From Phoronis australis (Eukaryota > Animalia > Phoronida): 64,000 bases of DNA. Positions 63,427 to 64,000 of this stretch are shown one piece after another. Position 1 is the stretch's first letter, and the number at the start of each line of letters is the position of its first letter. The notes under the pieces are model-generated. The model made no database searches, had not been told where the DNA came from, and was given only the letters and a program-made list of their open reading frames with translations. A program made the position numbers and the translations under genes. The stretch spans positions 245,057 through 309,056 of the forward strand of contig NMRA01000381.1 of NCBI GenBank assembly GCA_002633005.1. Direction: 5' to 3'.

Positions 63427-64000
63427 GTAAGTAAACGAGTGGGAACTTATGTAGCCTTGGGGATATTTCTTTGTACAATGAGATTCTGTTGTGTTGGAAT
63501 AATGACTGTATGACTCTAGGTGGTGAAAAATGAATCTTTTTTGGTTAAAATTTACAGACACCATTTTGTTCCCTGTCAAAGGCAATTGACCTTACGTCAG
63601 AAAATGAATGACAGGTGTTATTGACCAATCGGAATGCTGCATTCCAGACATTCCTCCAGACTGCAGTTCAAGTCGCCATCTGTCCGACAAACATTAGCGG
63701 CTGTAGGACAAAACACGTTCAACTACAATGTGCATTTTAAATGGCCAATTGGTGTTGTGGTGTGTGTAATTCAGACAGTTGTTATACCGACATAGATGAA
63801 AGTCCTGTAAATTTTTGGCCTTTTCCAAAGCCTAAAAGTGACGTTGTAATGAGCAAACGGTGGATTACTTAAACTGCGTGTACGCCCGCACGAGCAGCCT
63901 AACCTAGAGCCAAACACAAGTATGTTCTAAGGTATGCACTATTTTTAATATTTCTTCCCAATATTGCAATTTTGGCTCTGTATTACACTCTTTGTTAAGT

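Overview
AT-rich, intron-rich animal genomic DNA, probably from a marine invertebrate or lophotrochozoan (inferred from intron density and repeat types). Two + strand genes can be rebuilt exon by exon with consistent GT-AG phases. (1) The last six coding exons of FIG4/SAC3 phosphoinositide 5-phosphatase, 400-10725, 5'-truncated by the window. (2) The first 25 coding exons of a glutamate synthase (GOGAT, GLT1/gltB-like), 26082-63426, 3'-truncated; it includes the Ntn-amidotransferase CGVGF motif, the FMN domain and the [3Fe-4S] C-x5-C-x4-C motif. The apparent duplications of GOGAT exons 18 and 19 are each joined by a single N and look like uncollapsed haplotypes; one exposes a filled versus empty TA site of a Tc1/mariner-type MITE. 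Introns and intergenic DNA hold many non-autonomous DNA transposons and short tandem repeats, several of which sit on or beside splice sites or the stop codon. No clearly new biological system is demonstrated. The best leads are the splice-site 'echo' repeats, a Kolobok-like element with a Cys-rich relic, and a twice-occurring structured intronic motif. All coordinates were read by hand; no searches were run.
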